The position numbers were made by a program, and so were the translations under genes. Shown here piece after piece: positions 9,736 to 21,381 of a stretch of DNA of 64,000 bases (positions are counted from its first letter, which is position 1; each line of letters starts with the position of its first letter). This stretch comes from Eubacterium sp. Lineage in GTDB: Bacteria > Bacillota > Clostridia > Lachnospirales > Lachnospiraceae. A model generated the notes under the pieces. The model was not told the origin of the DNA. It was given only the letters and a program-made list of their open reading frames with translations, and made no database searches. Where the stretch lies: contig JAFUDC010000138.1 of assembly GCA_017459345.1 (NCBI GenBank), positions 10,853 through 74,852 on the forward strand, given 5' to 3'.

Positions 9736-10075
9736 AAAATAACTGTACGTAAAAGAAGAATGTGACTCTTTGAACACATTCCATACATAAACAGCGTTCG
9801 TTTTCGGTTGCTTTTCCTGAAACATGAAAAATGTCTGGGAAATAAGCAGGAGTTATGAGAGTTGGAACTGCTTTTATGACTGACGTCCGGTTCCTGCAGC
9901 AGGACGTCGTTCCGGCAAAGCTGCCGGCAGCAGGACTTGTGAAAAGTCCCACATGATAATATATGATTTTCGAAGGCTAAAAGCAGAAAGGTTTGGAGAT
10001 CGAAGACGGATTCAGATTTTGAATATAAGAGTAGTAACCGCTGAGACGGTTACGTGAATATAGATATAGAGGTGC

Positions 10076-11392
10076 ATGATGGAACAGTATATTATGAAAG
10101 GCGGCAACCCCTTAGTTGGTGAGGTTGTGATTGGCGGAGCAAAGAATGCGGCACTGGGAATCCTGGCAGCAGCGATTATGACTGATGGAGAGTGTCTTAT
10201 CGATAATATGCCGGATGTGCGGGATATTAATGTTCTGCTCCATGCCATGGAAGGCATTGGCGCGAGAGTTGTTCGAAAAGGACCGAATGAAGTACTGATC
10301 AGCGGTAAGAATATCGACTCAGGCGGCAGTCTGATCGTGGATAATGAATACATAAGAAAGATCAGAGCATCCTATTACCTGATAGGTGCTCTTTTGGGCA
10401 AGTATAAAAAGGCACAGGTGGTGCTGCCTGGTGGCTGTGATATCGGAAGCCGGCCCATAGACCAGCACCTGAAGGGATTCCGCGCATTAGGAGCGGAAGT
10501 GAAGATAGAGCATGGTATGATCATTGCCGAGGCAGAAGCTCTGCGGGGCAATCACATTTACCTGGATGTGGTCTCTGTGGGAGCAACCATCAACATCATG
10601 ATGGCAGCCTCCATGGCAGAGGGCAACACCATCATCGAAAACGCGGCAAAAGAGCCTCATATTGTTGATGTGGCTAACTTCTTAAACAGCATGGGCGCCA
10701 ATATAAAGGGAGCCGGGACGGACGTGATCCGGATCAGAGGAGTTTCCCGCTTCCACAATACGGAGTATTCCATTATTCCTGACCAGATTGAAGCAGGGAC
10801 ATTTATGATGGCTGCGGCAGCCACCCATGGTGATATCCTGGTGAAGAATGTCATCCCCAAGCATCTTGAGGCAATCTCTGCCAAGCTGACGGAGATCGGG
10901 GCTCAGGTGGAGGAGTCGGATGATGCGGTCCGGGTGGTAGCTACCAGGCGATTAAAACATACCCAGATCAAGACCCTCCCCTATCCGGGATTTCCGACAG
11001 ATATGCAGCCCCAGATGGCCATTACCCTGGGACTGTCCAAGGGGACCAGCATCATCACGGAGAGCATCTTTGAAAATCGCTTCCGCTACGTGGAGGAGCT
11101 CCGCCGCATGGGTGCCAATATCAAGGTGACGGATGGGAACACGGCCATCATCACCGGAGTGGAAAAGTACACCGGCGCCATCGTATCAACCCCTGACCTG
11201 CGTGCAGGGGCAGCCCTGGTTATCGCCGGCCTGGCAGCGGAAGGCTATACCACGGTGACTCAGATCGGCTATATCCTCCGGGGCTATGAACGTTTTGACG
11301 AGAAGCTCCGGGAGCTGGGGGGCATGATTGAGAAGGTGGATTCCGAGAAGGATGCAAACAAGTTCAGATTCAGAACCGGCACGGCCAACTGA
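10076..11392 (+). CDS. murA: UDP-N-acetylglucosamine 1-carboxyvinyltransferase
   Basis: GAKNAAL, IRASYY, catalytic Cys in PGGCDIGSRPID, PYPGFPTDMQPQ and DLRAGAAL. Confidence 0.96.
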   Translation: MMEQYIMKGGNPLVGEVVIGGAKNAALGILAAAIMTDGECLIDNMPDVRDINVLLHAMEGIGARVVRKGPNEVLISGKNIDSGGSLIVDNEYIRKIRASYYLIGALLGKYKKAQVVLPGGCDIGSRPIDQHLKGFRALGAEVKIEHGMIIAEAEALRGNHIYLDVVSVGATINIMMAASMAEGNTIIENAAKEPHIVDVANFLNSMGANIKGAGTDVIRIRGVSRFHNTEYSIIPDQIEAGTFMMAAAATHGDILVKNVIPKHLEAISAKLTEIGAQVEESDDAVRVVATRRLKHTQIKTLPYPGFPTDMQPQMAITLGLSKGTSIITESIFENRFRYVEELRRMGANIKVTDGNTAIITGVEKYTGAIVSTPDLRAGAALVIAGLAAEGYTTVTQIGYILRGYERFDEKLRELGGMIEKVDSEKDANKFRFRTGTAN

Positions 11393-11526
11393 TTGACCCT
11401 GCCGCTGAAATAAAGCCCCTATGGGGCGGATGAAGAATATCAATGCAGATTGTTGGCTGACTAATTACAGGATATGATGTTGCTGTACCATCGGCATAGA
11501 TAGATGAATTGGAGATTATTAATTAT

Positions 11527-12714
11527 ATGGAGAGAAGATTATTTACTTCGGAATCGGTCACGGAGGGACATCCGGATAAGATGTGTGACCAGGTTTCCGA
11601 TGCCATACTGGATGCCCTGATGGCCAAGGACCCCATGGCCAGGGTGGCATGTGAGACATCCATGACCACAGGACTTGTTCTGGTCATGGGAGAGGTAACT
11701 ACGGACGCATATGTTGATATCCAGAAAATCGTCCGGGATACTGTCCGGGAGATCGGATACACCCGGGGCAAGTTTGGTTTTGACGCAGATACCTGCGGCG
11801 TGATTGTTGCCCTTGATGAGCAGTCCTCCGACATTGCCATGGGTGTTGACAAGGCTCTTGAGGCCAAAGAAAACAGGATGTCCGATGAGGAGCTGGACGC
11901 TATCGGCGCGGGAGACCAGGGCATGATGTTCGGCTATGCGACAAATGAGACAGAGGAGTATATGCCTTATCCCATTTCCCTGGCCCACAAGCTTTCCCGA
12001 AGACTTTCACAGGTGAGAAAGGATGGAACCCTCCCCTATCTCCGGCCGGATGGGAAGACCCAGGTGACGGTGGAGTACGATGAGAATGGGAAGCCGGTAA
12101 GGCTTGATGCAGTGGTTTTGTCCACCCAGCACGACCCGGATATCAGTCAGAAGCAGATTCACGAAGATATCAGGCAGTATGTTTTTGATGCCATTCTTCC
12201 ACCGGATATGGTGGATGCGGATACCAAGTTCTTTATCAATCCCACGGGACGGTTTGTCATCGGCGGTCCCCAGGGTGACAGCGGCCTGACCGGAAGGAAG
12301 ATTATCGTGGATACCTACGGGGGATATGCCCGCCATGGCGGCGGCGCCTTCTCCGGCAAGGACTGTACCAAGGTGGACCGGTCCGCGGCCTATGCGGCCA
12401 GATATGTGGCCAAGAATATTGTGGCTGCGGGACTTGCAGACAAGTGTGAGATTCAGCTGTCCTATGCCATCGGAGTTGCCAAACCCACATCCATCATGGT
12501 GGATACCTTCGGTACCGGCAGGATCTCCGAGGAGGATATGGTGGAGATGATCCGGGAGCAGTTTGACCTGCGTCCTGCCGGAATTATCAAAATGCTTGAC
12601 TTAAGGCGGCCCATCTACAAGCAGACAGCGGCTTACGGACATTTCGGAAGAGATGACCTGGACCTGCCCTGGGAGCGCCTTGACAAGGTGGAAGTTCTTA
12701 AGAACTATTTTTAA
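11527..12714 (+). CDS. metK: S-adenosylmethionine synthetase
   Basis: [19 protein letters not shown] and GGGAFSGKD signatures. Confidence 0.98.
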   Translation: MERRLFTSESVTEGHPDKMCDQVSDAILDALMAKDPMARVACETSMTTGLVLVMGEVTTDAYVDIQKIVRDTVREIGYTRGKFGFDADTCGVIVALDEQSSDIAMGVDKALEAKENRMSDEELDAIGAGDQGMMFGYATNETEEYMPYPISLAHKLSRRLSQVRKDGTLPYLRPDGKTQVTVEYDENGKPVRLDAVVLSTQHDPDISQKQIHEDIRQYVFDAILPPDMVDADTKFFINPTGRFVIGGPQGDSGLTGRKIIVDTYGGYARHGGGAFSGKDCTKVDRSAAYAARYVAKNIVAAGLADKCEIQLSYAIGVAKPTSIMVDTFGTGRISEEDMVEMIREQFDLRPAGIIKMLDLRRPIYKQTAAYGHFGRDDLDLPWERLDKVEVLKNYF

Positions 12715-12729
12715 GGGAAAAGATTATTT

Positions 12730-12763
12730 CAGCGGATGGGATTCGTGGGAAACCATTCCGCTG
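12730..12763 (+). terminator. Probable terminator hairpin after metK
   Basis: CAGCGGATGG...CCATTCCGCTG imperfect stem with a weak T tract. Confidence 0.5.
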
Positions 12764-12832
12764 ATATTTCATTTTTGAGGACAAGTACTGAGCTTAGGAA
12801 AAGCAAAGTCGGCTTACAGATATGTAAAGGGA

Positions 12833-14038
12833 ATGATTATGTTAAAAGGAAAAACAGTTGTCCTTGGTGTGACAGGAAGTATTGCAGCTTATAAGATTGC
12901 CAATCTTGCCAGCATGCTGGTAAAGGCCCATGCCGACGTGCATGTGATCATGACAGAGAACGCAACGAATTTTATCAATCCGATTGCCTTTGAGACATTG
13001 ACTAATCATAAGTGTCTTGTGGATACCTTTGACCGGAACTTTGAATTCCACGTCAGCCATGTCTCCCTGGCTCAGAAGGCGGATGTCCTTATGATTGCTC
13101 CTGCATCTGCCAACATCATCGGCAAGATTGCCCATGGGATTGCAGACGATATGCTGAGCACAACTGTCATGGCCTGCAGCGGTAAGGTCATGCTTTCCCC
13201 GGCCATGAATGTTCATATGTATGAGAATCCGATTCTGCAGGAGAATCTGGATATCCTTCGCCGTCATGGCTATGAGATTATCGACCCTGCCGTGGGTTAT
13301 CTGGCCTGCGGGGATACCGGGGCCGGCAAGATGCCGGAACCGGCTGTGCTTTACCAGTATATCTTGCGGGAGATTGCCTGTGACAAGGATATGAAAGGGG
13401 TCCGTGTCATGGTGACTGCCGGCCCTACCAGGGAGGCCATTGATCCGGTTCGCTTTATCACCAACCATTCTTCCGGCAAGATGGGCTATGCCATTGCAAA
13501 AAGGGCCATGCTCCGGGGAGCCCGGGTGACTCTGGTTTCCGGACCGGTTTCTCTGGATCCTCTGCCCTTTGTGGAGACCATCCCCATCATCACAGCCCAG
13601 GATATGTTCGAGGCGGTCACCAGCCGCCTGTCCGACCAGGATGCCCTGATTAAGGCTGCTGCGGTGGCGGACTACCGCCCGGCCAATGTCAGCGATGAGA
13701 AGGTGAAGAAGAAGGATGGAGATATGAGCATCCGGCTGGAGAGGACCCAGGATATCCTGGGATATGTGGGGGAACACAGAAGAGATGACCAGGTCATCTG
13801 CGGTTTTTCCATGGAGACCCAGAACATGCTGGAAAACTCCCGCAAGAAGCTCGATAAGAAGAATCTGGATATGATCATCGCCAACAATCTCAAAGAGCAG
13901 GGAGCCGGTTTTGGAACAGATACTAACCGGGTGACCATCATCTCCAGAAAGGAGGAGAAGTCCCTGGGCCTTCTTTCCAAGGAAGAGGTGGCAGATGCCA
14001 TCCTGGATGAGATTCTTAAGAGGCTAGATAGCTTATGA
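12833..14038 (+). CDS. coaBC: Bifunctional phosphopantothenoylcysteine decarboxylase/ligase
   Basis: [42 protein letters not shown] and AAVADY. Confidence 0.96.
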   Translation: MIMLKGKTVVLGVTGSIAAYKIANLASMLVKAHADVHVIMTENATNFINPIAFETLTNHKCLVDTFDRNFEFHVSHVSLAQKADVLMIAPASANIIGKIAHGIADDMLSTTVMACSGKVMLSPAMNVHMYENPILQENLDILRRHGYEIIDPAVGYLACGDTGAGKMPEPAVLYQYILREIACDKDMKGVRVMVTAGPTREAIDPVRFITNHSSGKMGYAIAKRAMLRGARVTLVSGPVSLDPLPFVETIPIITAQDMFEAVTSRLSDQDALIKAAAVADYRPANVSDEKVKKKDGDMSIRLERTQDILGYVGEHRRDDQVICGFSMETQNMLENSRKKLDKKNLDMIIANNLKEQGAGFGTDTNRVTIISRKEEKSLGLLSKEEVADAILDEILKRLDSL

Positions 14039-14748
14039 TAAAGAACAGAAACATTCCGATTATTTATGAAGATGAATCTATCATCGTCTGTGAAAAGCCG
14101 GCGGGCATGCCGGTCCAGTCCGACAACAGCAGGGATATGGATGTGGAGACCTTTTTGAAGCATCGCATCTATGAGAGGCAGGCCGGAGAGGAGGAACCCT
14201 ATCTGACGGCAGTCCATCGTCTGGACAGGCCGGTCGGCGGCCTGATGGTTTTCGCGAAAACAAAGGAAGCCGCTGCTGACTTAAGCCGGCAGATTCAGGA
14301 GGGAGCGTTCGAGAAGTACTACCAGGCCGTGGTCTGCGGGAGTCCCTCTGCCGAGAGCGGAACCCTCACAGACTATCTCTTAAAGGATGGGAAGACCAAT
14401 ACCACGAAGACTGTCCCCGAGGGTACAAAGGGTGCCCGCTTTGCGGAGCTTGATTATGAGCTTATTGACCAGATTGAGACCAAAGAAGGGGTCTTCAGCT
14501 GGCTGCTGGTAATCCTTCATACCGGAAGGCATCATCAGATCCGGGTTCAGTTTGCTTCCCGTCATATGCCCCTCTACGGGGATACCAAGTACAATCCTCT
14601 CTATCAGAATATGAAAAAACGCTATATGCAGCTGGGACTTTATTCTACCAGACTGTCTTTTACTCATCCTGTCACCGGGGAGAGAAAGGTTTTCAAGACG
14701 GAACCTCAGGGGGAGGCCTTTGAGATGATGGATGTGGAAGCCTACTGA
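14035..14748 (+). CDS. RluA-family RNA pseudouridine synthase
   Basis: EKPAG, VHRLDRPVGG (catalytic Asp), TGRHHQIR and GDTKY; start overlaps the coaBC stop. Confidence 0.9.
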   Translation: MIKNRNIPIIYEDESIIVCEKPAGMPVQSDNSRDMDVETFLKHRIYERQAGEEEPYLTAVHRLDRPVGGLMVFAKTKEAAADLSRQIQEGAFEKYYQAVVCGSPSAESGTLTDYLLKDGKTNTTKTVPEGTKGARFAELDYELIDQIETKEGVFSWLLVILHTGRHHQIRVQFASRHMPLYGDTKYNPLYQNMKKRYMQLGLYSTRLSFTHPVTGERKVFKTEPQGEAFEMMDVEAY

Positions 14749-14921
14749 ACTCCGACCTTTTATCATCAGGAAGGATCCCTTTTGAAAAGAGTATCTATAC
14801 ATTTTTTTGAAAATGATAAAATAGTCGCTTTATTTGGGCTTTTCCCCATTCGTTTCTGTCAATTGACACATATTTTGGATTTGTTTTCATTCATGAATTG
14901 TGCAAAATGACAGGGAATCTA

Positions 14922-14950
14922 TTGATTGGAATGAAAAAAAGAGTTATAAT
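14922..14950 (+). promoter_or_regulatory. Sigma70-type promoter of the opp operon
   Basis: TTGATT-17 nt-TATAAT(14945-14950). Confidence 0.6.
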
Positions 14951-15110
14951 GTGATTTATCGGAAGCAAAACAAGCACAAGCGAAGCGAAGTATTTGTTTT
15001 GAACCGATAAATCACAGAGCAGCTTTAGCTGCGGCGGCTATGAGGTTCTCATAGCATGATTTATCGGAAGCAAGGAAAACCGAGTACAGCGAAGCTTAAG
15101 CTTTCGCCTG
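14950..15110. repeat. REP-like hairpin cluster in the opp leader
   Basis: TGTGATTTATCGG(14950)/CCGATAAATCACA(15015) stem with a GCGAAGCGAAG loop. The 16-mer TGATTTATCGGAAGCA recurs at 15057, with two small hairpins in between. Confidence 0.6.
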
Positions 15111-15144
15111 ATTTATTAAAAATTCACACGAGGAGAGGAGAACA

Positions 15145-16056
15145 TTGGGAAAGTACATTGTTAAACGAGTTCTTTTGGCGATCTTATCGATTCTGATCGT
15201 CAGTGCCATTACATTTTTTGTGATGAACACTATTCCTGGCGGCCCCTTCAACAAGGAGAAGGCTACCAGTGCAGAAGCGCAGAAGGTTTTGGAGGAGAGG
15301 TATAACCTGGATAAGCCGGTCCCTGAGCAGTATGTATTATATATGAAGAATCTGCTGCACGGTGACTGGGGCGTATCCCTCCATTCCGGCAGGGACATCT
15401 GGTCAGAGATTTCTTCCAGATTTACGGTTTCTGCAAAGCTGGGTGGTATGGCGGCTCTGGTTGCCATTATTATAGGACTGATTCTGGGTTCTGTTGCCGC
15501 CCTGACCAGAAATCGCTGGCCTGACCGGCTGATTGTATTCCTGACGACCCTGGGAACGGCCATGCCGTCCTTCGTCCTGGCGACTTTGCTGCTTCTGGTC
15601 TTCTGCCTGAAGCTCAAGTGGGTGCCGGTCTGGTCCTCCAAGGATCCGAATTATCTTCTGCCAATCATTGCCTTAAGCCTTTACCCCATGGCTTATATCA
15701 CAAGATTGACAAAGACCTCTATGCTGGATGCCCTGAACCAGGACTATATCCGTACAGCCAGGGCCAAGGGTGTTGCAGGATGGAAGGTAATCTTTAAGCA
15801 CGCTCTCAGGAATGCCCTGATTCCGGTTATCACTTATGTTGGTCCTATGATTGCTTATATCCTTACCGGATCTATGGTTGTTGAGAACATTTTCACTATC
15901 GGCGGACTGGGTTCATCCTTTGTAACCAGCATCACCAACCGTGATTACACCATGATCATGGCTACTACCATATTCCTTGCCATTCTCATGGTTATCGCCA
16001 ATCTGCTGACGGATATTGCCTATAAGCTGGTAGATCCGCGGATTACCTTTAACTAA
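15145..16056 (+). CDS. oppB: Oligopeptide ABC transporter permease
   Basis: IPGGPF, YNLDKP and the EAA-type loop DYIRTARAKG...KHALRNALIP; TTG start. Confidence 0.92.
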   Translation: MGKYIVKRVLLAILSILIVSAITFFVMNTIPGGPFNKEKATSAEAQKVLEERYNLDKPVPEQYVLYMKNLLHGDWGVSLHSGRDIWSEISSRFTVSAKLGGMAALVAIIIGLILGSVAALTRNRWPDRLIVFLTTLGTAMPSFVLATLLLLVFCLKLKWVPVWSSKDPNYLLPIIALSLYPMAYITRLTKTSMLDALNQDYIRTARAKGVAGWKVIFKHALRNALIPVITYVGPMIAYILTGSMVVENIFTIGGLGSSFVTSITNRDYTMIMATTIFLAILMVIANLLTDIAYKLVDPRITFN

Positions 16057-16078
16057 GAGCCGGGAGGAATAAAGATAT

Positions 16079-17173
16079 ATGTCACAGAACAATACATTGG
16101 ATTTAAAGAAAAGACAGCTCTTATCCGCCCAGGTGGATCTGAGTAAGTTCAATAAAGGCAATTTCGCCAAAGCAACAGATGAAGAAAAGAAGCAGCAGGA
16201 TGTTATGGGTGAGTCCACCACCTTTTTTAAGGATGGTATGAGACGGCTTCGAAAGAACCCTCTTGCTATGGGAAGTATCATTGTTCTTGTATTGATCATC
16301 CTGCTGATCATCATCGCACCCCACGTGGTTCCCTATTCCTATTCACAGATTATCTCTGTGAACGGCGTGCGTGATAAATCCGCTGCCAACATGGGTCCTT
16401 TTGAGTATTCCAAGCTGGAGACCAAGTACATGAATGAGACCGGGGAGAAGGTTTTCCCCCACATATTCGGTACTGACGGCCTGGGACGTGATTATTTTAT
16501 CCGTGTGATTTACGGTGCCAGAGTCAGTCTCTCTGTCGGAATCGTGGCTTCCATCATGGTATTGATCATCGGACTGATCTATGGCTCCATCGCAGGTTAT
16601 TTCGGCGGTACCATCGACCTGGTCATGATGCGTATCGTTGATATCATCTACTCCCTGCCGGACATGCTTCTGATCATCTTATTATCCGTAGTGCTCAATG
16701 AGAATCTGCAGCCTCTGCTGGCGGGAACTCCTCTGGCCAGGCTGGGTACCAATATGATCTCCATGTTCATTGTATTCGGATTGCTTTACTGGGTATCCAT
16801 GGCCAGACTGATTCGTGGTCAGATTCTGACCATCAAGAATAATGAATATGTCCTGGCGGCCAGATGTATCGGTACCAAGGACGGGAGGATTTTAAGACGT
16901 CATATTCTCCCCAACTGTCTGTCCGTCATCATCATCACTACAGCTCTTCAGGTTCCAAGTGCCATCTTTACAGAGAGCTACTTAAGTTTCCTGGGACTTG
17001 GTGTTTCTGCTCCTTTAACATCTCTTGGCAGTTTGGCCAATGATGCGAGAGCGGGTATGCAGTCTTATCCATTGAGACTGGTTATCCCTGCTGTTGCGAT
17101 CTGCCTGATCGTTCTTGCACTGAACCTGCTCGGGGATGGTCTGCGGGATGCATTTGATTCCAAACTGAACTAG
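16079..17173 (+). CDS. oppC: Oligopeptide ABC transporter permease
   Basis: FGTDGLGRD, EYVLAARCIG, RHILPN and ESYLSFLGLG. Confidence 0.92.
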   Translation: MSQNNTLDLKKRQLLSAQVDLSKFNKGNFAKATDEEKKQQDVMGESTTFFKDGMRRLRKNPLAMGSIIVLVLIILLIIIAPHVVPYSYSQIISVNGVRDKSAANMGPFEYSKLETKYMNETGEKVFPHIFGTDGLGRDYFIRVIYGARVSLSVGIVASIMVLIIGLIYGSIAGYFGGTIDLVMMRIVDIIYSLPDMLLIILLSVVLNENLQPLLAGTPLARLGTNMISMFIVFGLLYWVSMARLIRGQILTIKNNEYVLAARCIGTKDGRILRRHILPNCLSVIIITTALQVPSAIFTESYLSFLGLGVSAPLTSLGSLANDARAGMQSYPLRLVIPAVAICLIVLALNLLGDGLRDAFDSKLN

Positions 17174-17180
17174 AGGAGAG

Positions 17181-18188
17181 ATGAACATGAGTGATAATAA
17201 TTACATTTTACAGGTGAATGACCTGCATACCAGCTTCTTCACGGACAATGGGGAAGTCTGTGCCGTTAACGGCATTTCCTTCAATCTGGAGCCGGGAAAA
17301 ACTCTGGGTATTGTAGGTGAGTCAGGATCCGGCAAGTCTGTTACTGCTTATTCCATCATGCAGATCCTTGCAGAGACAGGCAAGATTGTGAACGGATCCG
17401 TATTATACCACGGTGAGGATATCACCAAGTGGAACAGCAAGCAGATGCAGACCTTCAGGGGATCCAAGTGTTCCATTATCTTCCAGGATCCCATGACCAG
17501 TCTGAATCCGGTATTTACCGTTGGAAGTCAGTTAAGAGAAGCTATTCTTCTCCATACAGATAAGAATAAGGAAGAAGCCACGGCAAGAGCAATCGAGATG
17601 CTCACCCTGGTAGGGGTAAATGAGCCGGAGAGCCGGTTGAAGCAATATCCCCACGAACTGTCCGGCGGTATGAGACAGCGTGTCATGATTGCCATGGCTT
17701 TATGCTGTGAGCCGGATATCCTGATCGCAGATGAGCCTACCACGGCCCTGGATGTTACCATTCAGGCCCAGATCCTTGAGCTGATGCAGGATCTGCAAAA
17801 GCAGCTGGGTATGGCTATTATCATGGTAACCCATGACCTTGGTGTCATTGCCAGCATGTGCGATGAGATCCTGGTTATGTACGGCGGCCGTGTCTGCGAG
17901 CGTGGCACGGCAGATGACATCTTCTATGACCCTGCCCATGAGTATACCAAGGGTCTGCTTCGCTCCATCCCTAAGGCAGATAATATGAATGAGGCTCTGG
18001 TTCCCATCGGCGGCACCCCCATCAACCTGCTGAATATGCCGGCAGGCTGTGCCTTCTGCCCCAGATGTGATGCGGCCATGAAGATCTGTCTGACGGAAAA
18101 ACCGGAGGAATTAAGAATCAGCGATACCCATCTGGCAAGCTGCTTTATGAACATTAAGAAATTATATGAAGCACAGGAGGAGAAGTGA
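17181..18188 (+). CDS. oppD: Oligopeptide ABC transporter ATPase
   Basis: Walker [29 protein letters not shown] and a C-terminal GCAFCPRC. Confidence 0.94.
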   Translation: MNMSDNNYILQVNDLHTSFFTDNGEVCAVNGISFNLEPGKTLGIVGESGSGKSVTAYSIMQILAETGKIVNGSVLYHGEDITKWNSKQMQTFRGSKCSIIFQDPMTSLNPVFTVGSQLREAILLHTDKNKEEATARAIEMLTLVGVNEPESRLKQYPHELSGGMRQRVMIAMALCCEPDILIADEPTTALDVTIQAQILELMQDLQKQLGMAIIMVTHDLGVIASMCDEILVMYGGRVCERGTADDIFYDPAHEYTKGLLRSIPKADNMNEALVPIGGTPINLLNMPAGCAFCPRCDAAMKICLTEKPEELRISDTHLASCFMNIKKLYEAQEEK

Positions 18189-18189
18189 A

Positions 18190-19230
18190 ATGGCTGAAGA
18201 TAAATATCTCTTGAAGGTAGACCATTTGAAACAATATTTCCCTGTGCGTCAGGGATTTAAAACCATCCCCTTAAAGGCTGTTGATGACATTTCCTTTTCC
18301 GTGAAACCGGGGGAGACCCTGGGCCTGGTAGGAGAGTCCGGATGCGGCAAGACAACAGTAGGAAGAACCCTGCTCCGTCTTTATCAGCCGACGGCCGGAC
18401 GGATTGAGTTTGACGGGGATGTATTATTTGACAGCGGCGAACAGTACGACGAGGAAGGATCCCTTATCGTTGATGGAGATGGCAAGCCTGTGCTGGGCCA
18501 GAAGGTGGATGTGAACATGCTGCCCTACCGCAAGAGGATGCAGATGGTATTCCAGGATCCCTATTCTTCCTTAAATCCCCGTATGACGGTGGAGGATATC
18601 ATCGGGGAGCCCCTGGATGTCCACGGTCTGTACAAGACCAAGGCGGAACGCCGTGACCGTATCCTTGAGCTCATGGAACTGGTCGGACTGAATGCCGAGC
18701 ATGCCATGCGCTATGCCCATGAGTTCTCCGGAGGACAGAGACAGCGTATCGGTATCGCCAGAGCCCTGGCCGTGAACCCCCAGTTTATCGTCTGTGATGA
18801 GGCGGTCAGCGCCCTGGACGTGTCCATTCAGGCTCAGGTCATCAATATGTTTGAGGAGCTCCAGGATAAGCTGGGCGTGGCCTATCTTTTTATCGCCCAT
18901 GACCTGCTGGTTGTCCATCACATTTCAGACCGTATTGCGGTTATGTACTTAGGAAAAATGATGGAGATTGCGGATGCGGATGAGCTCAATGCCAATCCGA
19001 TTCATCCCTATACTTTAAGCCTTCTGTCTGCGGTTCCCATTCCGGATCCCATCACAGCCAGGAAGAGTAAGCGTATCATTCTGGAAGGGGATGTTCCAAG
19101 CCCCCTGAATATGCCGACCGGATGTCCTTTCCGTACCAGATGCCGCTATGCCACAGAACAATGTGCGCAGAAGATGCCGCCCCTTTCCGACCGGGGCAAT
19201 GGCCATATGGTGGCATGCTGGAATAAGTAA
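18190..19230 (+). CDS. oppF: Oligopeptide ABC transporter ATPase
   Basis: [18 protein letters not shown] and [16 protein letters not shown]; start placed at ATG 18190. Confidence 0.94.
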   Translation: MAEDKYLLKVDHLKQYFPVRQGFKTIPLKAVDDISFSVKPGETLGLVGESGCGKTTVGRTLLRLYQPTAGRIEFDGDVLFDSGEQYDEEGSLIVDGDGKPVLGQKVDVNMLPYRKRMQMVFQDPYSSLNPRMTVEDIIGEPLDVHGLYKTKAERRDRILELMELVGLNAEHAMRYAHEFSGGQRQRIGIARALAVNPQFIVCDEAVSALDVSIQAQVINMFEELQDKLGVAYLFIAHDLLVVHHISDRIAVMYLGKMMEIADADELNANPIHPYTLSLLSAVPIPDPITARKSKRIILEGDVPSPLNMPTGCPFRTRCRYATEQCAQKMPPLSDRGNGHMVACWNK

Positions 19231-19376
19231 AGGTTTCTATCCCTGTAAGTTTGATCTTTGAACTCCAGGGTGAAACATATAAGATGTATGGGTCAGATGC
19301 TTTCGCTGATACCGGCGGAGGATTTTTACGACCCTGAGATCATTTCATGTAAAAACTAAAAGAGGAGGAAAAAAAC

Positions 19377-21095
19377 ATGAAAAAGAAACTTGTATCCCTG
19401 CTGCTTGTGGGCGCTATGGTTGCAAGTCTTGCAGCCTGCGGTTCCTCAGGCGGCGACGGCGCAGCTGAGGCAACAACAGGCGGTGCATCTGTGTCCAATA
19501 CAGCATCCAATGTATTGAGCATCAACCTTGCCAGCGAACCGGACTACCTTGACCCGGCACTTAACAGCTCCGTAGACGGCGGCTGCCTGGCAGTAAACAG
19601 CTTTGCGGGTCTTTATACCTACAATCCTGACGGAGAACTGATCCCGGATCTGGCTGCTGATATGCCGGAGGTATCTGAGGATGGTACCGTTTACACCGTA
19701 AAGATGATCGAATCCAAGTGGAGCAACGGCGACGCACTGACAGCCAACGACTTCGTCTACAGCTGGAACCGTGTTGTTGCAGAAGAGACTGCAGCTGACT
19801 ATGCTTACCTTTTCGATGTAATGGCCCGTAAGGATGACGGTTCTCTTGCAGTAGAGGCAGTAGATGATACTACACTGCAGATTACCCTGATCAGCCCCTG
19901 CCCATACTTTAATGACCTTATGGCATTCCCCACCTTCTTCCCGGTTCATCAGGCTACAGTTGAAGCAGCTAACCCGGACGGAACCGTTCCCGGAAAATGG
20001 GCTCAGGAAGCAGGCTTCGTATGCAATGGTGCCTACACACTGGAATCCTGGAACCACAACGAGAGTATGGTTTATGTGAAGAACCCCAACTACCATGATG
20101 CAGACAATGTGACCATGGATGAGCTTCACTTCATGCTCAGTGCAGATGACACTGCTATCTATGCCGCATACAACAGCGGAGATGTTGACTATATCGACAC
20201 AGTTCCAAACGATGAGATTTCCTCTCTGAACGGAATCAATCCTGAGTTTGGCATCCTTCCAAACCTTGGAACCTACTATGTTGGATTCAATGTAGGCGAC
20301 CCGATTTTCGACGGCAAGACTGTTGAGCAGGCTGCCAAGATGCGTCAGGCTATGTCTCTCCTCATCGACCGTCAGTGGATCGTTGACAATGTTGGACAGA
20401 CAGGCCAGCAGATTGCTGATTCCTTTATCCCTGCAGGCATGGCAGATGGTAACGGCGGAATCTTCAAGACCGATACCACATCCTACTATGATGGAACCGC
20501 TACAGGTGCAGGCATGATTGAAGAAGCCAAGGCTCTTCTTGAGGAAGCCGGATACACATTTGAAGATAATGGTGACGGAACTTACAAGGTTAACCCGACA
20601 ATCTCCATGACATACCTGACCAACGATGGTACAGGCCATATCGCAGTTGCTGAGACCATGCAGCAGGATTTCGCTGCCCTTGGCATCGAGATGGAAATCA
20701 AGTCTGAGGACTGGAATGTATTCCTGGAAGACCGTAAGCAGGGCAAGTTCACCATCGCCCGTGAGGGATGGCTGGCTGACTACAATGACCCGGTTAACAT
20801 GCTTGAGATGTGGACCACGAACTCCGGTAATAACGATTGCCAGTTCGGTAAGGCAGATTCTGAGGCAGCTCCTGACTGGACCGCTTATGATGAGATGATC
20901 AACACCATCCGTACCACAACAGACTTTGCAAAGCGTGTAGAGATTATGCATCAGGCAGAGGATATGCTGATGGATACATGGGCAGTTGTTCCGCTTTACT
21001 ACTACAATGATGTATATATGTGCAAGTCCAATGTTAAGAACATCTATGCAACAGTATTCGGTATGAAGTACTTCATGCATGCAACTAAGGAATAA
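19377..21095 (+). CDS. oppA: Oligopeptide ABC transporter substrate-binding lipoprotein
   Basis: Lipobox LAAC, EPDYLDP, KWSNGDALTANDFVYSW and GWLADY (SBP family 5). Confidence 0.93.
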   Translation: MKKKLVSLLLVGAMVASLAACGSSGGDGAAEATTGGASVSNTASNVLSINLASEPDYLDPALNSSVDGGCLAVNSFAGLYTYNPDGELIPDLAADMPEVSEDGTVYTVKMIESKWSNGDALTANDFVYSWNRVVAEETAADYAYLFDVMARKDDGSLAVEAVDDTTLQITLISPCPYFNDLMAFPTFFPVHQATVEAANPDGTVPGKWAQEAGFVCNGAYTLESWNHNESMVYVKNPNYHDADNVTMDELHFMLSADDTAIYAAYNSGDVDYIDTVPNDEISSLNGINPEFGILPNLGTYYVGFNVGDPIFDGKTVEQAAKMRQAMSLLIDRQWIVDNVGQTGQQIADSFIPAGMADGNGGIFKTDTTSYYDGTATGAGMIEEAKALLEEAGYTFEDNGDGTYKVNPTISMTYLTNDGTGHIAVAETMQQDFAALGIEMEIKSEDWNVFLEDRKQGKFTIAREGWLADYNDPVNMLEMWTTNSGNNDCQFGKADSEAAPDWTAYDEMINTIRTTTDFAKRVEIMHQAEDMLMDTWAVVPLYYYNDVYMCKSNVKNIYATVFGMKYFMHATKE

Positions 21096-21153
21096 TCGGC
21101 AAACCCGAATAGGATGACAGGATTTGCGTGTAAGTCTTAATAAGAATTATGAT

Positions 21154-21184
21154 CCCTGGGGTTATGAGCCCCGGGGGTTTTTTT
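21154..21184 (+). terminator. Intrinsic terminator after oppA
   Basis: GC-rich stem CCCTGGGG/CCCCGGGG followed by a T run. Confidence 0.75.
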
Positions 21185-21193
21185 GTGCTATTC

Positions 21194-21222
21194 TTGACAA
21201 ACAGGTTATATTCTATTAAAAT
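21194..21222 (+). promoter_or_regulatory. Sigma70-type promoter of proS
   Basis: TTGACA-17 nt-TAAAAT. Confidence 0.7.
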
Positions 21223-21381
21223 TAAGAAGTCTGTCTTTTCTTTGGGATAAATATCAGAATTAATCTGACGGACATTATTTCAGTGAATGGGGAATCTCTC
21301 AGAGAGCCTCGGTTTATGTTGAATAATAGAACAGCGAAAGTCTGATAAAGAACATAACAGGAAACAGAAAGGATGATTATC

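Noticed and set aside
11393-11526. SAM riboswitch upstream of metK
   Set aside because: No S-box core (AUC...GAGGA, kink-turn) or SMK-box pairing with the RBS could be recognised in the short intergenic region.
19446-21080. Long antisense ORFs opposite oppA, and similar ones opposite fruA, coaBC, xylB and the glpA-like genes
   Set aside because: They mirror the codon bias of the real genes and have no RBS or recognisable motifs; they are shadow ORFs.
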